Positions 15,601 through 28,500 of a stretch of 64,000 nucleotides of DNA are shown here, piece by piece. A program made the translations under genes and the position numbers. The notes beneath the pieces were generated by a model. That model did not search any database. It was not told the DNA's origin and was given only the letters and a program-made list of their open reading frames with translations. Source of the DNA: Balanoglossus misakiensis (lineage: Eukaryota > Animalia > Hemichordata); assembly GCA_040954595.2 (NCBI GenBank), contig CM082598.2, forward strand, positions 2,418,001 to 2,482,000, in the 5' to 3' direction. The first letter of the stretch is position 1. Every line of letters begins with the position of its first letter.

Positions 15601-18600
15601 ATTCTGGACACAAATCCTGTTATTCGAATGTGCCCTGCAGACTTTGGTTTGTACTAATTACGCGTCTGGCTCAATCAATCGCACATAAGACCTACTGTGC
15701 ATCGTTTCGACACAGAGCAGGCACCTAATTAGTGCAAAAGTTGGCCTGTGATTCTGCGTAATATTTCAATAACATATAAACCCCAGATATTGTGAAGCAT
15801 TTGAAGTGTAGACAGTAACGAAACGCTACACACCACTTTTTCCAGTTTTTCATATTGCCAAATCTTTAATACTGAAGTCTATCATCTTTGCGCTTCGACC
15901 ATGGTGCAGCATTCATTCAATACAATCAAATGATAAATTACAGTATCTTGTCTGGATTTTTTCCTTGATCTTAATTTATGAACATGAGGCCATAAATCCT
16001 AGAGTCGCGGCACCAAAGGTAAAACATAGATGTAACAGATGTTAATATTTAATATCCTTACCGGACTGGGCAATTTGAGATTTTAATGAAATCATATGAA
16101 GCCGACATGGCTGCACCATCTGATTCCTGAAATGTCAGTGCAATCAATTACACACGCACAGCTATTACATAGACAGAGCGTTGTTGTGCCGCTGGGAAAA
16201 TTGAAACTTGTTCATACTACAAAGCATTGTTAAACGAAACCACTTATTATCCGCGAAATGAATTTTCCTTATAATTGAATTCTGTCACCTGGTTTACACT
16301 TTCTTAGCAACGCATAAGACAGATTGTTCCAGGCTGTCCCTTTTTTTTCGTCCCCACAGGCGCCATCAAAATTGATTGCGACAATTGCGACGATATGTTA
16401 ATTGTAGCATATCTTTGCTGGAAATGTACTTTGCAATTCAATATATCACTGAGTGCCCATGCTTTTAACCCTTTCACTCCCAGTTCCCACTTTAGGAACC
16501 TCACCATAGAAAACAATGGGTTTGGACTGTTCATTTGGCCTCTGTACATGTTGGTTTTAATAGGGTGGGTATTTACATGTGTGTAACAAATTTAACACAG
16601 GCAAGACAACCACATAAACTGGAAAAAATGACAAATAGAAAGGTTTTGTTTTCACAATCAAATAAAATGTACCACTCGGTCATTATGATGATCAAATGAT
16701 TTCCCATCACCCATGTAAAGTTTCTCCGTCAATAGAATTACCCATGGCAAGAAGAGAGCTAGTGAGTGGCCATTGCAGTTTCATCTCACATCAAAGTAGC
16801 AAACCATAGACTAGATGGTGTCGTTAAAGGTTTGTGATGGATCTCTGTCATCAATAAGATTTGCCTGGATTTGTTTAGCAACAAGGCTTAACTTTAATGG
16901 TTCTGAGTCTTGTGAATCCAGCTTTTTTATTTCTTCATCTAATCCAACGAAAAGCTCAAGCGTTTAAACTGTCTCATGCATTATTGAAAATATGGTGGGA
17001 AAGATATCCCAATAAGGTAAACAGATTTGATCAGTTTGCATTATACGCTACAGATCACGTTACTTGATTCTAAAACTGTTGGACAGATTAATGACCTGAA
17101 TTTATGAGTGACAAAGCTAGCTGACGAATGTCAAATCCAGACTTGTTAACAACCCATACAGAATATCTCCTACCTCTAGGGACATGTTTTTTCGCTAAAT
17201 AGAGAAAGGTCAATAGACCATAGACAAATTGGTATTTTGTTTAATAGTACTTTTGATGTCTGTTCATTCGACAACGCGAATAAATATCGAGCAAACTCAT
17301 TCCTTTTCGGATCTGTGAACCTAATACGACTGTCATGTGTCAGTCAGTTAGCCATAAATTTCAAAAAATTAGGTTTGTAAATCATTTGTGTCACTGAACA
17401 GGTTCCCTTTGTTTTGTGCAAGTAATTGGTCTCATGACTCCCATATAGCGATCACATCGACGTGAACCACAAGCAAACAAGCAACACGTTCGTGTCTTCA
17501 TTTGCATGGTAATGACACGATTTAAACCGGGATAGGGTACTGAATATCTATGAACATGTAATCATTGTCATTTTGTAAAAAGGCTATGGTAGAATAGTTT
17601 GAGAGCTAATGATGCAGAAAGCCGTGCTTTCACCTTGTTTGGCTGCAGTTTTGTAACTGCACTTTATTTCCTAAAATCAACGCCGGAATAAATCGCGACA
17701 ATTTTATTTCCGCCCTCCAGTCGGAATACAGCCGTTGCCTTCGAGTCTTTGTGCGATTAATCAGATTTTGCCCGGTAATTGAAGGCAATTTTTGACTCAA
17801 AGTAGCATTTTACAGCGACTCAAGCGTCATCTTAACACAGAAAATCGATATCCGGGCGTTTTTTGCGACATGAACAAACGATTTCCAAAGCAAGTTATTT
17901 TAAACTGAATCGATGCAATTAAGCGATAGTCAAAGCTAAATATCTTTAATTGAGGAAGAAGGACATCCCACAATTCGAAGGACATTCCCACTTCCTTTGC
18001 AAGCCAACGCAAGACATTGTATTATGCCCAAAACAGGTCTTGCCGCACATCTCCTACATTTTATGTATAGCGCAGTGATGTCTTGTACAGTTTTGATCCA
18101 AACGAACCAATGCAATTATTTACCCTTCAAAGGCTTCTACATCACTTGTCTTTTGTTTGTTAATGATATATTTTGACTTGATATTTACTTCTTTCCTATA
18201 AATGTTGACTGACAGTCATGCAGTTCTATTTTTACGTTCTTATCACCTCTCACTATTAAGGCAATGTTTATTCGTTTTCCCCCACCAACTGTAAAGATCC
18301 ACATCAAAATCAGTAAAACGTGTGCCTCATAAAAACCTCGCCTTTCTAACTATATTTCTTGTTTAACAGTTACATGTGACTTGCACACTGCGCCTTTGTG
18401 TGGAGTATATTAATCTAGGTGCAAGTCTTGAGAAAGCTTTCCACTTTTATTTCAATGAATCATTTACCAAGAAACCGAAACATGTCGCATATTCTGAGGA
18501 CAATCATATGTTTTAGGCTTGCCGACGCCATAATGAATTTAAAACCAAATTCTCACGACAGTATAACCAATCAACTCTTTCATTCTTTCATTTCCAAGCT

Positions 18601-19515
18601 GAGATTTTACCCTGTTTGCTCATTTCACTAAGGACACTTATATTCCCCTTAATAATATGTATTTGTGCACTTGTGTAACATTAAGTAATGAACTGAGTAA
18701 ATTTTATTTGATGTAATCAAAACTTAATTTTCTTTCCATCTAGGTAATTTAATCAAATTGCAAATCACTTTTTGGTGATTGACATAAGTATTAAGACTAT
18801 TCACTAAATGATAGATGCCCAAATTGTGCTCTTACATGTAGAGTGGTTCACAAGCCCATAATTATTACATTTTAATGGTGCTTATAGGCGCAGAGAAGTT
18901 CAAATTAATTTGTGTAAGTACGTGTTATTTGTACAGTGTCGGATCAAACGTAGGCTTAGCTATGGCATAAGAACAATCAACAGTCTGGAACCATCGATTG
19001 TTGGATTAATTCCTCTTGCAACGTTCAATTAAGAATGTTTAGAACTAATAATGTCTCATCAAAGGGGGAACGGTCACTAACTTACTACGTGCAGTTCAGC
19101 AGATCGTTCTTACACAACAGTTGACGAATGTTTGAGAAATTGTCCAGAAAACTAGCAATATAGTTAATCTTTTTCACGTGCCATGTCGACTGATTATAAT
19201 TTATTGACCTTTGAACTCTTGCAGGACGAGAAGTCACAGATAATTACGACCAATGTGTGGATATACCAGGTGAGTGACACTTTACACAATTTCATTAGAA
19301 TGCACAGTGTATCTAATTTCATGCATTTAAATACACAATCACAATTATTATTGAAGTCAATGAAATTCGGAGGAATGTGACTTTGAGTGATGTACAAGAA
19401 CCCTTTGATGTGCGTATACATGTTATGCCACCTGGTATATGGCAGACAAACATAAAGACAGACAGGCTAGGCAGATATATAGTTAGATAGACAGACAAAT
19501 AGATAGATAGGCTGG

Positions 19516-19596
<81 letters not shown>

Positions 19597-22500
19597 GGAT
19601 GGCTTGATCAATTAGTCACCTAAATCACATGATACTGAAATATATGTCTCATATCAAAATGCTAGTTTAATTGATGCAATGTTATAAATATATTAAACTA
19701 CAGTCGAGAAACTGGCGGATATTATAAAAATATCTTACTATAATAAAGTGCTTGCCTTTTGAAGAGTTATCATCAGTTTATGTTCTCCTAAAAGACGTAA
19801 TAGCCACTTACAAAATATAGTTAACGAGTCGTAGTAACTATTTTACTTGGGATATTTCTACAGCGAAGCCACCTTAGCATCTATTCAAACAGTGGTTTCA
19901 TTGTGAGTTGTATAAAGTGATTTATTGAAAAGGATACCCCTGGACAAAGCAATGCAATAATCACTCATTCCGTTAATATCTGTGCCTAACCGCGAGACTC
20001 AGTATATCCTAATCATTTTGACAGCGTCAGTATCTTACCGAAAAGAACAACGGGCATGGGAACATACATCATAATTTGCAATGTTAGTACAGAATATTAT
20101 GGTCACGGCTTGCTTATTTGTATTCTGAATAATCAGGCATGTGGATTTCTCTGGCATTTTCTGTTCTGTAAACCTGCTGACGGTAAAGCCCTAGAGCCTG
20201 ATATATGAGCTATATATTATGCTACAAAAAATAAATAAATACATAAATAAAAGAAATGCACATAATGTTTTATCTTTGTGTAATATATAAATAAATATAT
20301 ACATTAATAAGGAGATCAGCACATAATTTATTAATCTTAGTAGCCTCCACAATGTCTCTCTATTAGAGTATGCTCTTTTCATTTTTCTGTCTACGGCTTT
20401 AGTTATAAGTAAATTAGCGGTGATATGTCCTTTTAACATTGACGCAAAAAACATGAAGTACAGTCTTACTGTCCTCATATGATGTTATTGAATATCACAA
20501 TGTATAGCGTTGGAGTAAACTATGAAATCGTATACTCTTCATACTCTGTGAAAGAATTGGTCAATTTCCCGCTTTCATTCGAATTATTGCCAATTTCAGA
20601 ATGGCAAATAGGTTGCGGAGTAAAGCTTGTATTTTCCGTTGCTTGGATACGCCCCTTGCGTCAAATCGCGGCAATTAACGCGTACTATCAAGCGAGTAAT
20701 GCATCATTGTGTCGGGAAATGCCCTAAATTGTATTTTTTGGGTAATAACCAGGCTAGGGTCGCACTTTCTTCAATCAGGCGCCAGTGTGTGCTTTCAATT
20801 TTATGACTTTGCTGTTGGTCTTCAACGACATCCTGAACATTACAGCGCTGTAATGTTCAGAGTTGATAATTTTGCATTGTGTGTCCAACTGCTGATTACA
20901 GACATAACGGAAGTCAGTATGCCTGAGTTATGGTTATATATTTTCATTCAAATTCTCGCAATGTGATTTGTCTTTCCTGTACATAAGTGTCTAATTGTTA
21001 TTTTATTATGTTGGTTAAAACAACATTATACTGGGTTTATTTAGAGTTTACGTTTTCACCGAATTGTACAACTTTATATGCTTCAAGTCTCTGAACATTA
21101 AACTAGCCTCAGAAATTGTACCTTGTACCAAGTTATGGAGGATGATCTTTTACTAGTTCCCTAATCTGCGTGATTCTGGCATTCTTGCCACAGCAATTGA
21201 TTGAAAAGTTCAATTGTCAGTGCCTGTGTAACTTCTAATACAGTTTAACAAGAATGCTGCCTAATGGTTTTTGGTACTGGCGCTACCAACATTAGTTATA
21301 TGCAGATTTCTTTTAACATCATGTGAAATCTTTGCTCAGCAAAACTAAGTGATAAATTTCATGGCATATCACCAAGGTGACAATATGAAATGGAGAGTGA
21401 TGTTATAATACAGAAAGACGCGTAAAATGCAAAAAGACCTTCAAAGTACCATGGCCCAGTAAAAGTGAATGGAAGCAAGGCAATCGTTATGATAAAAATC
21501 ACACAAGCAAACTAATTACAACACCTTTTATGGAAGAACATAAGCACGACTTGTACTACTGTCCATCTATTGATCTTCTACGTGCAAATGTTATCTTAAT
21601 GAAAATCTATATCCAAGGGCCTCTTATCAAGGTTTTAATACCTTCCTTCCTGTTATTAAAACTGCCTTTCCTATTGAATTTCACACACCATTCCTAGCCG
21701 CAAGCAAAAACGAGGTCTTAAGAATTGATAGAATGTGGGCTCATGGAAACATTTATGATAGGTCACTTGTGGCTGCTGGCAGTTTTCACATTGAAGGTGT
21801 TTGGCTAGACGTAGTGGTTTTCAATTTTTCCATTATTGAATCCTTTTAAAAGTCTTTAATTAGTTCATAGGAGACTGAATGTCCGTCATTCAATTTTGTG
21901 ATGACTGTTGCATACATGTACTTTAGACTGTGCACCAACTGTTAACACAGGATGACATGGAAATGACAAATGAAGGACGATTGGTTGGACACCACCATTC
22001 TAGCATTCTGGCCGTCTTAAGAACATTTAAAGCTGAGAGTAGTCTGAACTGCACATGTGCGACTTTTATAAGCACGCCATCAGCATTGTTCCCACTGTTC
22101 AGGGAGACCGCACTTATCAATACATGTTATATCACAGTAACCTGATGTGATTAAAATAATAAGGCATTGTTTGCCATGATGTACATGTAATACAAAGTAT
22201 TGTTTTCAATGATGTACATATAATAGTTACACTTTGTGCCTACTTTGATTTGCTGTGCAACTTGCAACTGTATCGTATGTGGGACCTAGTATATACCTTT
22301 AGCAACAGACAGTGTGACCCCACCCTTTAAGGAATCGAGGTGTAAAATATTAGTAGTGTAATACAGCCATGTTTTGACTAATTAGGTTCCACACGCAGAG
22401 TAGTTGAATCACCAGTATGTCTCACTCAGAACCTCCGTCCATACATTGTTGTATTTTTATTAGAATAACCCTATATGTTATTAAGATACTTCAGCCATAA

Positions 22501-25500
22501 ACCTTGTTGGCTGGAAACATGTGTTGCCAGTATACACTGTTTAATATTCTATGCACGAGTCGAGTCTCTCTGCCTGTTTAATGTCGTCAGTGTTATCTCT
22601 GAGCTATCAGCGCTACGGACATTGCATTTTCCAGTTACAGTCAATTGGCCCCATGTTGTTTTCGAAAGTAGACTGCACATCACATACAACATATAATATT
22701 CTAAACAATACTTTCCCTGCAAAAATGTCACGTTCACAAAATTTCAAATTTTAGTGCGTCGTCTATGGATACGAAATTTCCATGTGAAATGATGTATTGC
22801 ATTGTACTGTGCAGAAACACAATACTGAAAGAACCTGTATGGGGCTTTGTGAACTTGTACAGATTTACTGATAACGAATGTACAGGATCGTTTAGTGTAG
22901 CATACGAAACTAGAGTCTCCGGGGACATCCAAGTACATACGTCAGGAGTAAGGGTCTATCAGATGGCACTATAAAGGGGTTGACCTTCCTAAACGATTTG
23001 GTTTCACAGATAAGAGATTTTATATGTTTATACAATCTCATGCTTAACAAAGTAGCCCTACTATTATTATATTGCATTGTACAAAAAAGATCAGTCCTGA
23101 CATTATCGCTAAAGCAATGAGATTCTGGTATAATTCCATGTCTTCATGCTAGACATCTGGGCAATTTCGCCTAATCAGGAACAATATCTCACAAGGATAG
23201 ACAGACCGGCAAGGAAACAAAGTTCTTGACAGAAACTTTTTTTCTTCTTTTGGTGGGGATTCAATGGTCACTTCCTCTGCATTTGATATATTTTCTACGC
23301 GTGGTCCCTTCGATTTGACAATAATCAAAGTTACAATTTAATAATATCATATGAATCAATTTCCAGGGGATTTATTTGGCTGGGTATATGACCGAGGCAA
23401 GCAGTATTTGACAAATTGGTTTGGATTATAATGTATTGCACTGTTTTGGGAATGAGCCAAAGTAAGACAGGTAGATACATTATAACTCAATTCAGACACC
23501 AGGTCACGCATAGATATCAGGAGGCTGCAACATTGATGTATGATACACTGATCCAGGAGATTTAGCATTAGAAAAACAGGCCCTGGCTATGATAAAGTAT
23601 ATGGAATGCATCAATCAAGGGACCCGGCTGGTGGTGATGTTTCAACTGTAAAATCTGTCTGTCTGGTTCTCTTTGCGGAATTCTCGAACAAAACGTGCAA
23701 ATGGTATGGGTCCCGTGTAGATTGTACGCTTACATTCGCCACCCTGGGGATTGAGAATACCAGGCACGAAGAAAAAGTTTTTGCCATAATTGTTAGGGTA
23801 AACCACCTTAAAGGAATTCTCAGGGCATACCCTTCACACAGATTGCCTATCATATGGTTTTCATTGTTATCTATTTCTATCCATACGGACAACACTCAGG
23901 ATGTTTGAAGCCGTTTCATCACGTTGCCATGTGTCAATTTTAATCTATAGTCAAGTCGTCCTTTCTATAGAAGCGTCCCTTGTTGGTGCAATGACAACAC
24001 TGATGTCATTTAAAGGATTACAAAAATAAAACTAATTTTGGAGATTGAAATGATAATTATTACAAGTGTAAAAATAGGAAGTATAGCAATAAAACGAATT
24101 ATAAGCCAAATAATCTGTGTCAGTTATTCTATGAAACTTTTGTTTGTAGGATGATGTACCTTAACGAATAAACCGTAACTTCTGTAGGGACCTTGAGAGT
24201 TTGTTTCCAAAATCCCGAAATTTCATGGGATTGGCAAATTGCGTGGACAATGAGCCCAATAAGATTGCTCTACACTGGGATGTGAGTTCTTTCAGGAAAT
24301 ATGCCCCTTTAAGTTCAGGAATCCCCACTAATGATGCATATTGTTCTTTTTCTACTACTGTTTAATGATCAGCTGATTTTATTCTCGTAGGAGTGGAATG
24401 ATTCCAGACTGACTTGGGATCCAGCAAAATACGATGGCTTGCAAACTATAGCAGTACCAGCAAGTGATGTCTGGACTCCAGATACATCATTGTTGAACAG
24501 GTAAGCCAATTGCTATATTAGATTATCTGTCTATCTGTCTGTCTGCTTAACTGCCTGTCTGTCTTTTTCTCTTACTTTCTTTCTTTCTACATCTATACAT
24601 GTACAACCAGGAAATTTTAAAAAGCAGTGGGCAACCCGGGCAGGCTATATTTAGCGCCAGACGCTCGTTAGATTCTGTATCGTTAACTCAGCTCATTTAC
24701 ATTTTGTTTGTTAAATGACCGGCTGCATAATTGTTCATCTCTGATGTGTTGCTGGGATACAAATCGTCACATGGGTATAGGGATGTTTGATTAGATGCTC
24801 GTCTAATGGGGAACAGTGTTCGTCATGTGACACATTCAGGTTTATTCTCGGTAATACAAATCAGTCTATGTGCTGCTTGTCATGAAGGCAAGACCCTTTA
24901 TGGCTAATAGGTTCCCTGAAGGCAGAATCAGAATTTTTTACAGCACAGTCGTTCAGAAAGCGAAATATACTTTGGTAAACTATTGTTTTGCGGGAAGCCG
25001 TAAAATCGATCCTTTAATGGCGGTATAGGAACAGCGTGGTCGTAAACGAACCTGCTTTTAAGCAAAGTAGAGAAGTTCATAGACTTTTTACTGCGGTTCA
25101 TTAGGAAGTGACTTAAAAGCCGAAGGCCGCGCTTCTGTGAATGTCATGCATCTCATTGGTGCGTCCCGAGTGACCTAAACCTTTTTCGCGTTTTCTGCAC
25201 GTTGGCACTAAGAGCCTCTTGCACAGAACAATGTGCTACAAAAGCAATAAAATCAAGTGCCGATCAGTTAAATCTACCCAGGATTCCCAACAACTAAATA
25301 ATGATGTATGTCTTCTTTCAAGTAAGATAACACATTCTTCAAAATTAACACCTGTCTGGGTATCAGCTGTTAGGAGTGGCCCAGTAATGGTTCATGGCAA
25401 ATTCTCATAAAAAGGAGCATTTTTAGAGTGTATCACTGTACGTTTTCATTTTTATTCTGTATATGCACTAATTTATAGCTGGCGTTGAAGTGAGAAATGG

Positions 25501-28500
25501 AGTCGCGTTATATTTAACAGCTTTGTTATTCTTGTTGATGGGTTTGTGTGCATCCTACAACACGTTCATGTATGTCAGAAGTAACTGTATCGTGTTAAAG
25601 CATTTTGTACTTTAGTCGCAGTGGTCATGGTAAAGACTTAACACAGTGATATGTACAGGAGGTTGTGTTGTGGTTAGGTACCTGTCAATCACACATTCCC
25701 CTGGAACAAGTTGTCAAGTGCACTAAATATTTAATCTGGGTAAAACGAATAAGGGCCATCCATTATTTTCAGTTCAACCTTAGCACCTTAAGCTTCTACT
25801 GTCTAAATTAAGCAATCCACACTTGATATGCTCGAAATTCCATGCGTCGTTTCTTATGTTTTACCAAGCCAGCTCAGGTTTACAATACATTTGACCGAAC
25901 ACGAAACATAATTATAGCAGGCGCGAAGTACATTGACACATTAATCTGACATGTTATCACACACAAAAATGTTATCAAAACATGTCAGACAATACTATAC
26001 GAAGCTGTCATCGTACCACCCGGGTTCCTTGCGATAAGGGCCATTGTATTCATACAGTTTACTTGGATTTGACGTCTCCAACAAAGTAAATCAGGCAACC
26101 TACTGATCTTCCCCTCGATATACCGGGATGTGCAACCCACATGTTATCCCAGAGAAAAAATAATTGCTGCCATCTTAAAGTATCCTCAAATTACACACGA
26201 CTCCTGAACCATCTAGAGGTTTCTGATGGTGCATGATCATGTCCGAACAGCTAGCTGCGATCCAATGTATAAATGCAGCAACCATGAGCAAATTAGCAAT
26301 GTCTCAGACGAAAGATTAAATTGACTATGAATGAGGCAAAGCCACATCAGATTGTCTCACTCGAACACTGTGTGATTTTCACAGTTATGAACTGATTGCA
26401 AATGTTACAGAGAGACTGTGACCCAAGATTTTTCAACCTTGAGTTGGAAGTATATAACACACAGTTCCAGAGACACTTTCAGTTTAGTTTAAACGCAAAA
26501 ATCTCAGGCTCAGTTCTATCAGATAGGTTTTGTTTTCTTATGACATACTAACTAGAAATCCCATTAAAATAGCTAGGAGAGAGCAATTTAACATGAAATT
26601 GATTAATTGAAATTACTGATCTGATTTCACTTTGTTGGTTATCAATGTTTAGTCAAGAGAGCTAATTATTTTGATGCATGAATAAGCTTGCCACAAGGCG
26701 ATCATAGAAGGCCATGCTATTTTTCCCAGGAGAAAATTAAAACATGCTTTCGATTGGTTCCCCTTCGGTGGTTGCTTAATATCGAGATTCTTGCCCTGAG
26801 GCTCGATCAGCATGACGGCTGACAGTGCGACTGGTATACGTACGGTGTGACATGCAAGTTACACACCAGCCACGCTATGAACGATACGTTGGCTTCATAT
26901 TGTGATCTATACACATTCATTGTCTGAGAACAACGGTCCAGGATATTAAAACAAGATAATATTTAACAATTTCCTATCAAATTCAGCGCTGAATCAATCA
27001 CCGTTTTTATGCTGTTTGGACAATCATGTGTGCTTCGCTGGTACATCTTTTTTCACAAGCCGTCGCGTTTAAGTTCATTGACTGCGTGTGTTATAAGATG
27101 CCTTTTCACACAGAATACAAAATGGCACATTGTTCTTATTTGATTTTTGATGTTTGCTGCTCTGTGAGTTAAATTAAATTTTAATCTCTTCACCTGCATA
27201 TGCTGTCTTGCACATGCAATTTTGGAAACACAAATGAAAGAATTTTAATCTATTTAAGACAGCTCCGGTATGCTAGGATCAATTTCAATCACGTGTCAAT
27301 CAGCTGTTAGTTGTGACCACCGGCAAAACTCGATTCATACGCAGACTGTGCTGTGCTTAAATATTCATCATGCATCGTCTGTGCGATCTTATACCCCTGC
27401 CTTAGGCAAACACTTACTGTTTTTCTCAAAGGATTTTCAATGAAGTAAAACCACGAACACAGCATAGGTTTATACGCCAAGACTGGTGCATCTTGGAGCA
27501 CAACTGAGTATAACCACAAGCTATTGTGAACACGACTTACTCTGAACCTTGAGTGTGTTATAGGTATCAATAACGCTTACGCTGCAATTTCTAATGAAAA
27601 ATCGGGTTGGAATAAACCTCCACCATTTCATTTATCATGTAGAATGCTCAATGACAAGTTCTTCAAATACAAATTGTAGGTTGGAATCCCACATACAAGT
27701 ATGTAAATACTTAGATTAGATAAAAATGCGGAAATAGATAATTTGTTGAAGTTGGGGGCGCCAGAGATAATGCAGTGAGCGTAAATCTTTGTGGTGAACT
27801 TAACTGATCCTTTTCATGTTGCACATGCAAGCTGCTCAACTTGTATACATTCATTGCTTCGAGGGATTTTGCGAATGTTGACTTTTCGCTAGTATAAGGA
27901 GAGATACTTGTCATTCACATGATCTCTACCACTAATAAGAGAGCTGATCATCGTGATTGATGTATCTATGGTATAGCACAGTACGGGGGTAACCGGAAAT
28001 GCCACTGTCAGTGGCGCTGAAAATTACCGGAAGAGACTTTATGGAGGAGTCGCTGTGTGCTCAAAAAGTGCGCCTTGTGGATGGAATCATTATGGCTGTC
28101 TTTCAAAATTTACCACGTCAATTTCTATTGCTATACGTCGCAGGTAATTGCTCCATTGCAGACTAAAATAAATGGCAAAGCCTTTCAAGGAGAGTGTAGC
28201 GAAAAAATTATCTGTTGACGAGAGCAACATTTGTTCTAGTGATAGCTCATGCATGATCACGTGTTGTCATCATTTTTGCTATTTTCAGACATTTTAGTCA
28301 TTATGATTGAACCTAAGAGCTGTCCAATATACTCAAGATCTCTTCATGTCCCATGTGTATGTAAACAAACAGAATTAGGCTGACTCGCACACTATCTGAG
28401 ATTGTGGAAATCCTAGTGGCTGTTATAGCCACTGACTCTAACTCAGTAGAATCTCAGATGTTGGTGAACTGTATTCGTACATCAGGCTAACCAAATATGG

